Origin: Podarcis filfolensis
Lineage: Eukaryota
Length of the DNA stretch: 64,000 nucleotides
Direction: 5' to 3' (one strand)
Assembly (NCBI GenBank): GCA_964270895.1
Contig: OZ185435.1
A program made the translations under genes and the position numbers. The notes under the pieces were generated by a model. It was not told where the DNA came from and did no database searches. It saw nothing but the letters and a program-made list of their open reading frames with translations. Positions 11,627-23,861 of the stretch are shown piece by piece; the stretch's first letter is position 1, and each line of letters begins with the position of its first letter.

Positions 11627-12164
11627 CTGGAATGAGAAGTGAGCCACGTTGCCCTTGTTTCCAGGGTAACAGGCACAGTCCCCCTGCTCTGAATATCAGC
11701 TGCCAGGGAAACCACAGCAAGAGAGGGCTACTGCCCTCGTGCCCCCCTTGTGGGCTTCTAAGAGGCCCATCTGACTGGGAAGCAGCATGCAGAACTATAG
11801 GCCTTTGGTCTGATCCAGCAGCATTCTTCTACTGTGGAGGTTTGGGGTGAGTCCCATTTCTTCCTTTCTATCCTAAGTATTTGACATGGATATTCTCTCC
11901 GGCTCTGCCTTCTGCACTTCTCCACCTTCCCAGACTTACATCGCCTCTTCTAGGCACTAAAACCGAAACCCACCAGGTTTCCTCTAATCACTTCCCAGCT
12001 GATCTCAGCTCTCTCCAGTTCTCTCCCAACCAACTCAGACACAACACCTCTCCTATCCTGCCTGCAGAGGTGGGGGGAACCATTATGCAGCTCAGGGTCC
12101 CACCACCTAAAGGAGTTCTCCCCTCCAGAACAAACCCAGGTCCTGCATTCATCATCTGAGGGCA

Positions 12165-12340
12165 TTCTGTGTGTGCTCCCTCCGAGAGAGGCAGAGAGGG
12201 TGGTGACACAAGAACGGGCCTTTTTAATGGTGGCTCCCTGGTTGTGGAATGCGCTCCCAAGGGAAGCTTGGCACCATCATTGTTTGCCTTTAGGTGCCAG
12301 TTTTATTTACCCAGCCCCTCAAGCCTTAATTTGGAGTTAT
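12165..12340 (+). mobile_element. L2-clade LINE 3' fragment
   Basis: Translates to PREAERVVTQERAFLMVAPWLWNALPRE, an L2 ORF2 C-terminal signature. Confidence 0.65.
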
Positions 12341-13171
12341 TTAGTTATGTCTGTTGCCTCTTTTTTTGGTCTTCCTTTTAGTGGGGTACATGCTTCGTAT
12401 ATTTATCTATGAATGCACATTGTAACATTCTTTATTGCTGTGTGTGTGTGCTTTCTGTTCTTTACTTTGCAACTCGCTTTGGCTTAAAGTCAAGTAACTT
12501 TTCTCAGTCCGGTAAACCCCTCTACACAAAATTCTGCTTGCCCTAGTACCTGAGGCTTTTGGAGAACCGCTGGATTGTTAGACACGTCTCAAAACACTCC
12601 CAAAGTTTGCTGTTCAGAACAGTAGATTTAGGTTCTAGGGGATGCAGCAATCGTATGACAAACTTCTTCCACATATAAGGAATAGTTTGGCTAAGGCTGA
12701 ACATCCCCGTCTTATGTGCTATTTACTTTGTGGACTTCATTACCAAAGATGACATGCTGGCCACTACCCAAGTAGCTCTTCAAAGGTTTAAACACACGCA
12801 TGGCTGTTCGCCAGGATAAGTGAAACCTCTATGTTTAGAGGCAGTATAGCTCCAACTACTGGAAGCGAGTGGGGGGGGGGAGAGAAGGGGTGTCTATCTC
12901 CATCACGCTCTGCTTGTGAGCTTCCCAGTGGTCTGTGGCTGGCCTTAGGTGCTGAACTAGATGGACTGAAGCCAACATATCAGTCCAGTAACATTCATTT
13001 GTCTGCATTACCCTATTCCCTAGTAGCAGAACATAGTATTGCAGCCTACAGTGCAGTTCCACCCATTTGCGCTGCTGCTTTCACTTTGCTGCTGAAGCCC
13101 TCTCCATGTATTTGTAATTAAACCTGCTCTGAGTGCCGCATTTGGAAGAAAAATGAGAGATGCATTTATTA

Positions 13172-13172
<1 letters not shown>

Positions 13173-13214
<42 letters not shown>
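13173..13214 (+). repeat. (ATT)14 microsatellite
   Basis: Pure trinucleotide run in GRK2 intron 17. Confidence 0.95.
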
Positions 13215-13303
13215 TAAAGTAGAGGTATGTTCAAACCAAAGAGGAGAGGAGGAAGCTGCAGCTGCCCTAGCAGAGAGTAGGTTAAGGGCTGCCCCCCACG
13301 TAC

Positions 13304-13399
13304 CTTGATGCCTTTGGTGTCCTCTTCATCAAAGGAGCCAATGTCAAAAGCGTCAGCTGCATTCACCTCCCCGCGTGGTGGGATCAAGGGGGGCGGATA
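13304..13399 (-). CDS. GRK2: GRK2 exon 17 (AGC kinase C-tail)
   Basis: [32 protein letters not shown]|gtacgt; 96 nt. Confidence 0.97.
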
Positions 13400-13477
13400 C
13401 TGTGAAGACATGGGGGGGGGGAAGTCAACCGAGGAGCAGAGGAGAGTTGCTTATCCCTTACAATTCCTTCCTTCCCT

Positions 13478-13805
13478 GATGGCCATCTTCAACTACCTAA
13501 AGGGCTGTCACACTGCAGAGGGAACAAGCTTGTTCTCTTCTGCTCTCGAGACTAGGTCCTGAACCAGTGGATTCAGTTACAAGAAAGGAGACTCCGACTA
13601 AACTTCAGGAAGAGCTTTATGACAGTAAGAGCTGTTCAACAGTGGAACAGACTCTCACGGGAGGTTGTGGACTCTCCTTCATTGGAAGTTTTTAAGCAGA
13701 GGTTGGATGGCCCTCTGCCATGGATGCTTTAGTGGAGATTCCTGTATTGCAGGGGGTTGGACTAGATGACCCCTGGGGTCCCTTCCAACTCTATGATTCA
13801 TGATG
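13478..13805 (+). mobile_element. CR1 LINE 3' fragment
   Basis: Starts with ORF2 C-terminal-like MAIFNYLKGCH...; ends ggggtcccttccaactctatgattc. Confidence 0.85.
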
Positions 13806-13862
13806 ACCGAGCAGAGTCTTTATCCCCAGCAACTCTACTGTCTTCCCAACTGCCCTGCTCAC

Positions 13863-13929
13863 CTTTTGGAGGAAAACCATCTGCCAGTCTAGACCCTGGA
13901 AGAAGGGACTCTCCTTCACCTCAAGCGCC
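13863..13929 (-). CDS. GRK2: GRK2 exon 16
   Basis: (G)ALEVKESPFFQGLDWQMVFLQK|gtgag; 67 nt. Confidence 0.97.
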
Positions 13930-14417
13930 CTGTTGGAAAGACGGTTGCAGATTACATAGAGTTCTCCCTTTGACCACTGAATAGTTAGGGCAGGGGTAGC
14001 CAATGCAGTGCCCACCAGACGGTATGAACTATTACATCCTTCAGCCCCAGCTAGTTTGGTCAATGGGGAGGGAGGCTGGGTGCTGTTCATTACTATCTCT
14101 TGTCAGCTACCTGAGTTAGGGGCTAGAGAAAAGCTTGGGAACAGCAGCTTCGTCATGAACAGTCACATAGAACTGGAATGCTGCCTTTATGTTCATCTAA
14201 CAGCTGAGCCATTTCCTTTGAAGGAAAACTTGTTTTGTTTAAAAGGACATCAGGATTTAGCTTGGCCTAACCACATCTGCAGCTCTTGACTTTTACCACC
14301 TAGATTAACTCAGCCTGGTGTGCCTTCTTTGCCCACCGCCAAAAAACCCAACAACCCTGAGCTGTTCTGTTTTGTTACAGCAAAGAAAGGACAAGAGAGA
14401 CATCAAGCAACTTAAAG

Positions 14418-14800
14418 GTAGGGCTGTGCAAATGCTGCAATTCTGCAGGTGCTCAGAAGAAGGGCAGATCTGAACTTCTCAGAAAGCTGGATTCTGCGCC
14501 CAGAATCCAGCTTTCTGAAAAGTTCAGATCTCATTTTTAAGGCAGGCAAGTCTGTAGTCCTAATGGTTTTGAATATATATTTGAAAGTATGTGAGCTATG
14601 CTTACTAAAAACTCAGAACCTAGAGAAAGATGATCAGAGGTTCAGGGGCAGGCAGCTTCAGTCCTCTGTATGGCTTATTGCCTCTCCATGGAAAAAGAAA
14701 ACCAGAGCAAATTCTGCAAAAATAGCAAAAGCTCAGAAGAAACTGTGATTGATAAGAGAAAATGTGCAAACCTCTTATATACAAGTCAAAGAACACAGCT
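14418..14800. mobile_element. Possible degenerate hAT-like element with an internal 31-bp-arm hairpin
   Basis: Starts tagggctgtgca; weak partner end near acacagctct; boundaries uncertain. Confidence 0.3.
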
Positions 14801-14864
14801 CTTGTTGACACAGAACTTGGATTGCCTAGCCACAGAACGCTGTTAACACGAAGTCTGCACATCA

Positions 14865-14935
14865 CACCTTAGAGGCTAAGTGACTCATCGTAGCACAAAC
14901 GTTTATAGGAAAGAGCCGACTTCATCAGATTCAGG
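14865..14935 (-). mobile_element. Old Penelope-like fragment
   Basis: Minus strand ctgatgaagtcggctc...gtttgtgctac...ctctaaggtg resembles reptile PLE terminal sequence with a decayed hammerhead core. Confidence 0.4.
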
Positions 14936-16071
14936 ATGTAAACAAAGCTGATTTGTCCCTACATGAGACACGTCAGTTTCTGGGTTATATATATTCATCG
15001 CAAGAGTTGAGAATAGCCTATTCTGGGGCAGGATTGTTTAATTTGCTCCATTATTATTTTATGAAAGGGTGAATCAGCAAGTACCTAGGCAGGGACTCCC
15101 ATCCGCCATTCTCCCTACAACAGATATTGTATATGCAAGTGAGTAATAACGATTCATAGCTCTGAAAAGACCTGAAAAGTGTTGTGATAGAAAATTTTAT
15201 GTTTTGAGAAAAATCAAAACTAGGCTAACAAAATCCGAAATAATAGAGAATAAAAGACAGCAGGGGGGAGAGACAGACTGCTCTGGTGCAGGGTAACATG
15301 AGGCGCACATTTTGCACATAGCAGCCAATTAGGTCCCCAGACGCGGCTTCCAAGATTGCTTCTTTGCAACCATTAAAAGCCATAAACTGGATTTTTTAAA
15401 GCAAGCAAACTCTGTGATTCTTTGAATTCCAGATCCTATCTTAGGACTTGCACTGAACAGGGTACTACATGGAAAGCCCAGAGCATTGCCGACCAAGGAA
15501 TAACGTTGCCGGAGCATTCCTTAGCTCCCGCAGTACATCCTCTGCTTCAAGGTCATCTAAATTTGAGTTATCAGATTGTGGCTTCAATCTGAACCTGAGG
15601 AACAGGGCAAGCAGGGAGCCTGGGAAAGCTAAGCTAACAGCAGGATGTTAAGCCTGTCCCATAAATACTTTTTAAAAATGGAAGGCACTTCTTGGTCTCA
15701 TAGTGTGATATATATGTATTTTAAACCTGCCCTTGTTGTGGCAACCAGAGCACCTGGAAATAGCATGCTTGTCCATTTCCCCAGGTTGTTGTTTTTCAAA
15801 CGAGAAGGGCTGAAGTATTCTTCGCTGCGTTCCAAACAACAAAACTCCACTCCACTGATAATTCTGAAAGCATTCTTTGTATAAGAAGGTTGGGCAACTT
15901 AATCCCCTCAGCCAACCAATGGCCTCCCAGATGCGCTTCGGCTACAGTTTCCCCTGACTGCTGACCAACCAGTCCAGCAACAACTGGAGGGCCACAGGAA
16001 TCTCACTCCCCACCAACATCCCTGCCCTGCAGCCCATCCAGGCACTTCAGCTGTTCCCCCTGGAGACTCAC

Positions 16072-16172
16072 CCGCGGCCCATGCAACCCAGCCGACGGTT
16101 CACATCTCTCTGCAGCAGCCCCTCCAGCAGAGAGCGCAACTCAGGTGAGAAGGAGTCTGGGAGCTCCACAGC
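16072..16172 (-). CDS. GRK2: GRK2 exon 15
   Basis: [33 protein letters not shown](G)|gtgagt; 101 nt. Confidence 0.97.
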
Positions 16173-16398
16173 CTGTGGGAACGAGAAGGGCAGAATTATT
16201 CTCATTATTAACTCTTACATTTGCACACCGCCCTACACCCGCAGGTCTCAGGGTGGTTACAACATAAAATCACAATATAAAAACACAATATACATAGTGT
16301 TTACAAAAACAACCCCTTGCCCATCACATTTTAAAAGGGCACTGGATGTTAATCATGGAGGTGGGGATGGGAAGGATCTGGAGTAAGAAAGATCCTGC

Positions 16399-16532
16399 CA
16401 GGGTTTAAGAACCTGTGGCCCTCTGGATACTGTTGGACTCCAACTCCCATCAGCCTCAGCCAGCATGTTCAGGGATAATGGGAACTGCAGTCCAGCAGCA
16501 TTGGGAGGATTTGCCACAGTTTCCTCATCCCT
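16399..16532. mobile_element. Hairpin hAT MITE
   Basis: ggactccaactcccatcagcc...gataatgggaactgcagtcc palindromic arms; same family as 47692-47827. Confidence 0.6.
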
Positions 16533-18410
16533 ATTGTACAGGAAGAATGTCCTTTGGCATCTAGGGGCATCATTCCCACTAATCTGTCCCCATGGCTCAA
16601 AGCTGTACGGAACGATTGGGTCAGTTTATTTCATTCATTATGACGGAAGGGACAGGCCCTCCTATTCCTGGAGCCCACAGGGAATCCTCAGGAAAGACAA
16701 CTTTCATCCAGTGGCAATGGAATCACACTCCTGGCAGGAGGTGTAGGAGAGAGAGGCAGTGGGCTAAAGGACTCCTTAGTTGTCATCAGAAGAAAAGGTG
16801 TTTTAATATCAAATGCCAACCCAGCTGTGTAACGTTTTCTCACCCACACCCACCCATACCCACACCCACACACAGAGCGGCATAGCTAGCCACTCGGGTG
16901 CCTGGTGCGGGGGCGTATTCTGCAGCCGGGGGCGGGACGAGCATCTCCAACACTTGGAACCTCTCCGCCACCTCCCCCTCAGCTGTAGGATGGCTGAGGG
17001 AAAGGCAGTAGGCAGAGGCTAGTCCCACGCTGCCATTTCAGGCAGCGCGGAACCTGCAGGCGCCTAAGCCACCACGTCACGCCTAAAAAGTTTCATGAGC
17101 CTAATTTTTTTTAAAAAACTCATTTTGTCAACCCCCCCCCCGTGATGACACCCGGGGTGAACCACGCCCCCTTCCTCCACTGCTGCTAGCACGGATCTGA
17201 AAATAGCTATCTTAATTGCCCACCTATTTTAAGTTTGCCCACAAGCACAATTTCTCCACAACTTGCCTTGCACGATAAAAGTGGCTTGGCTATTCCAAAC
17301 ATCCAAAGCCCCTTCGGCTCCCTCCCATCTCACCATGAGGCCTCAAAAAGCCTGTCAAACAGTTAGGCAGCTGATGCGTCGAAACCTGAGTCTGTCATGA
17401 TGATCAGTATTGCCTCCCTCTTCCCCTCGCTGTCGGCATTACCTGGTTCTACTGTGTGCAAAAAGGGCTGTGGGAGGGATCCTACACCCTCACGGAAATC
17501 TAGGGTGATACACATGAGCTCTGCTGGAAGAAGAATCGAAATCTAGGGCTTTCTAGAAGCAGCAGCTGCAGCAGCAGTCCTCAGAACCACCCATAAACTT
17601 TTGCTAAATGAAGAGGGAACCCCACCCCTGCCACACACTATGAATTAACCTCAACAGCAAATAGTTGCAGCCACACCACAGCTGTACACCAAAGGCATGG
17701 AGGAAGGGCCTTTTCCCGACAGCCGCACCCTGGACGGGCACAAAGCATTTTTATGCCCAGCCCAGAAATTTCTAATGGCACCTTTGCCTGACACTGCTTA
17801 GCAGCCTGACACCTTGGCAAGAGTTGTGCTGCTTGCCTTGCCAAACAGTAATTGTTGAGTTCAACCAAACTGCATCTGCTTACAGTCTCTGCACGTTCTC
17901 TAGGGAAGGGAATTTCTTTGTGATTTCTCTGTGCGGTGCTAAAAATAGAAGGTCCCTGATCTATTCATGTTCTTCAGGCAGTAGCATAACTTACAGTGAT
18001 AGTGGGAAATTTAATTCTGCATACCCATTTCCCTCCTTCCCTCACACAAATGCACACATTGAGCCACCCAGCTAACCAAACAGAGGGTGCTAGAACTCAC
18101 AGAAATAGACCCGGTCCAAAGTGTAGGGATATTTGTCTCTGAGGGAGAATAATGGGGGTTCAGCACAGGAAAAACCTTATGTCAAAATGCTGAATCTATT
18201 TGGCAAGATGTGCTAAGTCCACATGAAACTGGCAAGTTGACATGTAGTATAGGTCAGCCAGGCTCTGCAAAGAACGGGTATAACTCTGATGACCGGCAAA
18301 GGGAAGATCTGAGATTTCGGAGACCCGAGGGGCAAGAGGGGAACAATTCAGCACCTGGACGCTTTGGGATCCAGGCTGATCCCTGACTGAGCTTGACGAC
18401 ATTTCCTTAC

Positions 18411-18477
18411 CATAGTGAGCGTCATGCGGTCAATCTCGTGCTTGTCTTTAGTCTTGTGTTGCCGAAAGGGGCTATGC
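18411..18477 (-). CDS. GRK2: GRK2 exon 14
   Basis: (G)[22 protein letters not shown]|gtaagg; 67 nt. Confidence 0.97.
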
Positions 18478-18717
18478 CTGAGAAGAAGAGCCAGGAGAGC
18501 ATCAGAAGGAGACTCAGGCCTCACAGGTACCCCTTAACACTTCTTTATATTTGTATAGCTCCCAATACCTGTAGATCTCAGGGCAGTTTTTTCCAATTCT
18601 CACAATCAATCCAACCCAGCACCCTCTGGATTCAACCACGGCTCCCTCTGCCAGCTAGGCCTCCTTCCCACCCCCATCCCTGCAAACTCATCTCCACCTT
18701 GGCTCTCCCCCACTTAC

Positions 18718-18825
18718 CCCCTCAGTAGTTTGAAGAGCATGCAGCCTAGAGAGAACCAGTCAGCACTGCTGTCATAGGCAACGCCCTTCTGCAGCACCTC
18801 TGGTGCCATGTACCCATGTGTGCCA
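18718..18825 (-). CDS. GRK2: GRK2 exon 13 (kinase subdomains VIII-IX)
   Basis: (V)[35 protein letters not shown](G)|gtaagt; 108 nt. Confidence 0.97.
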
Positions 18826-19643
18826 CTGTAGGGGTGGAGGGAAACAGAGAGTTACAAAAGACAGCACAGCACCTGCCGGGGGGGGGGGGCGCTCAGCAGG
18901 GACAGGTCAATGGGTAAGGAATCCTTTTTGAAAAATAAACACACGGGCCAGTGGCAAATAGATCTATGTACACTTACGAAATACACACATTCACGTGGGA
19001 GAAGCATTCGCTTATGAATCTGGGTACGCATGTGCTTGCAAATGGAGGCAGGTACTAATTCCTCCTTACAATGCCCCTTTAAACCACAGTTGTGGCCTGT
19101 AGGAATTGTCTCCCCACAAAATATGAGTGGTTCCAAGCAGAAAAAGTTAGAGTGGGGCCATTTTCCTTGCAACACTGGCATCTCCCAAGAACAAGTGATC
19201 ACATAAAGACATTCGCTCCTACGCAAGCTGGGCATTGGGACTGAACTAGCTCGTTCTATCCCACACGCCCCAGAATCAGAAAGCCCCTTTGCAGAGGAAT
19301 CCACTACAGGAATGTGAGGCCTGTAATCTGTAGGTTCCAGTTTTGTGGCTCATATTTTGGGTCTCCGTTACTGGACAGAGGCCTTAGGGTAAATGTCCCA
19401 ATGAGTGGATGTTGAACAAGTGATATTGTGATCCCCAGACAATACAGGAATTAACACCTATAGAAAGCTAGAGGAAGCAACAGTGGAGGAACTTCCAGTA
19501 GCTCACCCTGCAGCTGGGGGAGAAGGGGGAAAGGTGTTCTGACATTTATCAAGACCCACAATTCCTGGGACGGGAGCAGTTTTAGGTCCAGATACAGAGA
19601 ATGGAGCTGCTGGCCGAGGATTAGATTCCTGCCTGATACTCAC

Positions 19644-19738
19644 ACGCTGGCATGAGGCTTCTTCTTGGAGAAATCACAGGCGAGCCCCAGATCCGAAATA
19701 CGCACATGGCCAAACTCATCTAGCAAGATGTTGGCTGG
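19644..19738 (-). CDS. GRK2: GRK2 exon 12 (DLG motif)
   Basis: [31 protein letters not shown](V)|gtgagt; 95 nt. Confidence 0.97.
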
Positions 19739-20446
19739 CTGCAGGGGGAACAAGAGCAGCAATGAATGGCAGCTAGGGGGAAGAGAGGATTTGCTGGGGA
19801 AAGCAGGGGAGAGAATAAACCCTCCTCCTTCATCCTTTGGCCTGGGCCTCTGCAGCAGCACCGATGAAGCAGAGGGAGCAATTCCTGCAGCGGGTATGCT
19901 TAATTTTGAAGAGCGGCATAGTGAGGTCATGATACGGAAAAGACAAGCAACCTCGCAAGATCCTGCCCTGCTTTGGATCAACCTGCAACGGTGACGAGTG
20001 GGTTGTCAAAAGTAGCTTTGATAACCCACAGTACCAAATCCCAAGGCATTTTGAGTGGGAGTGCACTTCCATCAAGGCAACAATCTCCCTCAGTAAAATA
20101 AAAAACACTTTCAAACCTCACATTTTCTGAAATAAATGTTAGAACTTGAGATCCCAATATTCCCCTGTGAGGAATGCTGCCACCCTGAACGACTCATGGC
20201 GCACAGCACAGTCCTGGCTTCTAAGGCGGAGGAGGAGGAAGCACGGCTCTGGGGAAGAGGCAGTTGCCATGAAGTCAGAGTGCACTAGAGAACTCTCTTT
20301 TCAGTGGGTGCGGGTGCAACACCGAGGGACCCCACGCTGAAGGCAGAAATTGCCTGTCTTCGTGGAAAGAGAAGCCTAGGGTGAGGTTTTTCTCTCTCCA
20401 TTTTAAAACCAGGTTTTTAGACTTCTTTGAATTTTATTCTTTTAAC

Positions 20447-20702
20447 CTGGCGTAGCTCGGCTTGGCATAGTTGTCAGAGGGTGGGACTAGGGTGGGTGGG
20501 GAGTTCAAATCCCAACCCACACAGCCATGAAGTTTGCTGGGTGACCTTGGGCCAGTCAGAGTCTCTCTCTCTCCTACCTCACAGAGTTGCTGTGAGGGTA
20601 AAATGGGGAGCGGGGGGCAGGGGGGAGGAAGCATGTAAGCCCCCTAGAGCTCCTTGGAGGGAAGGCAGGGAATAAATGCTGCAATTAATTAATTAATTAA
20701 TT
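20447..20702 (+). mobile_element. tRNA-derived squamate SINE (Squam3/MIR-like) with (TAAT)n tail
   Basis: Box B-like gagttcaaatccc; core gggtgaccttgggccagtca...cctacctcacagagttgctgtgagg; tail aattaattaattaatt. Confidence 0.75.
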
Positions 20703-20818
20703 GTTCGACGACACCCATTGCCTCGAAAGGGCTGCGTAGCCCTGGCAGGCGACATACAAACATCTAGATAAAGGATGTTGAACGATGCAGCATTCGGGGT
20801 GGGGGGGCATTTGCTCAC

Positions 20819-20949
20819 CTTGAGGTCGCGATACACCACGAAGCGGTTGTGCATGTGTTCCAGCCCCAGGATGATCTCTGCTGCGTAGAAGCGCATCTCT
20901 GCCTCGGAGAAGACCCCATGCTGGGAGAGGTGGTAATGTAGGTCACCCC
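20819..20949 (-). CDS. GRK2: GRK2 exon 11 (catalytic loop)
   Basis: (G)[43 protein letters not shown]|gtgagc; 131 nt. Confidence 0.97.
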
Positions 20950-21118
20950 CTGCAGGAAACGGAGCAGACAGCCATGTGAGGCACACAACCTGAGTATCGG
21001 CAGAGGGGAGCAGTGGTGAGGCAGGGATGCCTCTGTGTGTGGATCCCTTCGAGAAGCATGTGAGGGGAGGGGAGGGGGAGAGGCAGAGGCTCTCTACAGG
21101 CTGGGTTCTGGCTCTCAC

Positions 21119-21197
21119 CATTCATGAGGTCCAGGATGAAGCTGAGCTTGTCAGGTGTTTGGAAGGCATACGACATGCACACGATGAAGGGGCAATC
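21119..21197 (-). CDS. GRK2: GRK2 exon 10
   Basis: [26 protein letters not shown](G)|gtgag; 79 nt. Confidence 0.97.
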
Positions 21198-22128
21198 CTG
21201 GCAGAGACACGAGGAACCAAGTCACAGCAGGGAAAAAAGAGAGGGGGGAAAAATACATAAATGAATCACCAAGTCTGCATGCACATGTGCGTGAATGAGT
21301 TCCCTCGCTCTACGTTCTGCTCACACCCGGAATCCACAGGCCTTCCTGAAAGCTCCACGTTTCCCTTCTGCGCTCTCAGAATCATGCCTCGCACATGCAT
21401 GCTTCCTACCACAGTTCCCCTACACACAAGAGCACGCTTGCATCTGATAACAGTGGGGGAACGGATTGCTCAACAAGGCCCTTGGCCTCTTGCCTCACAC
21501 GTCACCACTGCCTCCTTCCCTTTGCCAGCTCTTCCATTAACCCCTCGCTCCCGCCCCCCATTTTCTGCCGTGGGTTTTGCAGCGACTCCTACACAGCCGT
21601 CACGTCGCCTGTCGGCTCCTTTGCCTCGCCTCCCCCACCCACGCAAACTTGTCACAAACCCCTACGGTGGTCTCCCCTGTCTTCTCCTGTGCCCCTTGCA
21701 CACCGAGCCCCCACCCTGCCCCTCTCTCTTCCCCTCCTGCCCTCCTCCTGCCGTTGCGCACATTGAACTGCCTCCCCTCCCCTTCCGTGCGCATAATAAT
21801 TCGCTGCGCTGCCTACACACATCCCAGCCCTGCTGCTAGTTTACTGCAGGCATCACACTCCCAGCCACATGCTCAATGCCACCTCCAGCACACTTCATCA
21901 CCGTCATCCCTCCCCCCTGCCTTTAATTACCAGTGTGTGCTTCAAAATACCTGCCATGTCTATACCAGCATTATCATAGCTTTGATTGCAAGCACAATAC
22001 AGGAACCCAAGCATTCACATCTGCCCACTTGACAGATCTCTTTCCCCTCCCTCTTGGACTGGGCAGACTCCAGGTCTCACCTATTCTCTGCCTCCCAAAC
22101 CCCAACTGCTCAATGTAGCCAGACTTAC

Positions 22129-22228
22129 CCCGGTGCTGACAAGCGAGAGCATGATGCGCTCGTTCAGGGCCAATGTCTCCCCCTGCTTCATCTTAATGCG
22201 CTTCTTATCCAGACATTTCATGGCGTAC
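22129..22228 (-). CDS. GRK2: GRK2 exon 9 (catalytic Lys220)
   Basis: (M)[33 protein letters not shown]|gtaagt; 100 nt. Confidence 0.97.
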
Positions 22229-22770
22229 CTGCCAAAGGAGAAAGAAGAGGCTGCAACCCTGCGGTGTTGCTCTCGCCAGGTCTTGCTGCTTCCCAGGGAA
22301 TCACCCCTGCCGATATCCCTCCACACAGAACAGCCTGTGCGCCTCCTTTGTGGAAACCTACCAAACTCATTCCACTTGGCACTTCCTTAATTACACCCAT
22401 CACGACCCCCATCTGAGTCCTGAGTCACCTGCTATGACTAAACTCCCCCCAACACTTCTTTGGTTTCCCACAGAGGAGATTTACCACAGATGTCCCTGGG
22501 ATGTCTGCTAATGTTCACTGTGCTCCCCCTATATGAGAAGAGCCTTCCTTTGTGGGGGACAGGGGTGGGTGGACTCTCCTGCACTTGGGGTATTGAAACA
22601 AAGGCTGAACTGCCAAGTATGCCAGTTAGTAGATTCTGCATTGCAAGGTTCTTGGGTTGAGCTGGGGACCTTGATGAGATGGCCTCTTTTCAACACTAAC
22701 ATTTGATGGGCTAGATCCAGAACAAGACAGACAAGCCCAGTTCCCATTGGAATCAGTGGGACTTCACCCA

Positions 22771-22984
22771 GGGCTTGTCCACACTTCCCTGCCTAAAAAG
22801 CACAGGTTTGAGCAGTTTTCCATTTGCCCGGGAAAACTTGGTTCTTTAGCACTGAATTTGAGCAAACATTAATCCATAGAAAACCTGATTCCTCCAGGTT
22901 TTTTTGGCATTTGCTCCAATTCAGCACTAAAGATCAGGTTTTCCCGGGTGAAAGCAGCGGGACAAGCGAAGTCTGGATGAGCCC
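22771..22984. mobile_element. PIF/Harbinger-like palindromic MITE
   Basis: Imperfect TIRs gggcttgtccacactt / aagtctggatgagccc; long internal inverted repeats (cccgggaaaac...gagcaaa / tttgctcc...gttttcccggg); TSD unclear. Confidence 0.6.
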
Positions 22985-23769
22985 TAAGTCATGACTAATT
23001 TTTTCACATTTATGTCAATGGGGCTTCAATGCAATTGACTTACTCTGGACCTAGCCCTATGATTCTCTGAACCTGCCACCCCCTAAGCAATAAACACCTG
23101 GGTTAAACCTGTCCTTATTGTATCTGATCCACTTTTTAATGATATCTGCTTCCCCTCTTGTTTGACTGGGTGCTAGTTTTGCTCTATGACTGCTGCTGCT
23201 GTTTTCATTATATTGTTTTAAGATGACACTCAATGGCTTTGCTCCATTTTGCTGTTAGCTACCTCAAAACCTCAGTAAATAAAGAATAAAATCTGAGACA
23301 CTGACTCCATGAAGGCAGAAACTGTCTTTCCTAACATTTCATACGTGCATTGGAAGAATCTAAGTTTAGCACAGGCACCAATCTGGTACCCCAGAAAATA
23401 AAGGCAAATTGGGGAAAGGCCCTTGGGAAGCTATGTTTGCATTTGAGGCTCAGACAGTGAGTAGAAGCCTACTTATGCTGGTTACAGGGAGCAGCAGGGC
23501 TGGCTAGGAGCTGAGATATCAGAGGGTACCATCCTGGTTCTCCAGTACCAACATGGCCATTACAAGCCAAAAGAGAATGATGGATAATGTCATTTTTCAT
23601 TTCCATGTGCAGATACTTCATATAGCTTCATAGCAATGATGTGGAGCAAAGCTAGGCTAAAAGACAATGGCCAAAGGCCACATGGCAACCCCTCTGTCTC
23701 CTTAACCAACCTTGGGCTCCCAGATAATTGTTGGAATAACAATTTGACAAGCCAATCTTGCAACATTAC

Positions 23770-23861
23770 ATTTTGCCCGTGTCTGCTTTCCGGCAGCCGT
23801 AGACCTCGCCAAAGCCGCCACGCCCGATGATCCGGTGGACGCTGAAGTCATTCATGGTTAG
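23770..23861 (-). CDS. GRK2: GRK2 exon 8 (Gly-rich loop)
   Basis: [30 protein letters not shown](M)|gtaatg; 92 nt. Confidence 0.97.

Noticed and set aside
16875-17165. GC-rich patch with hAT-like ends in GRK2 intron 14
   Set aside because: Boundaries and TSD could not be fixed and no coding homology was seen; probably an ordinary MITE remnant.
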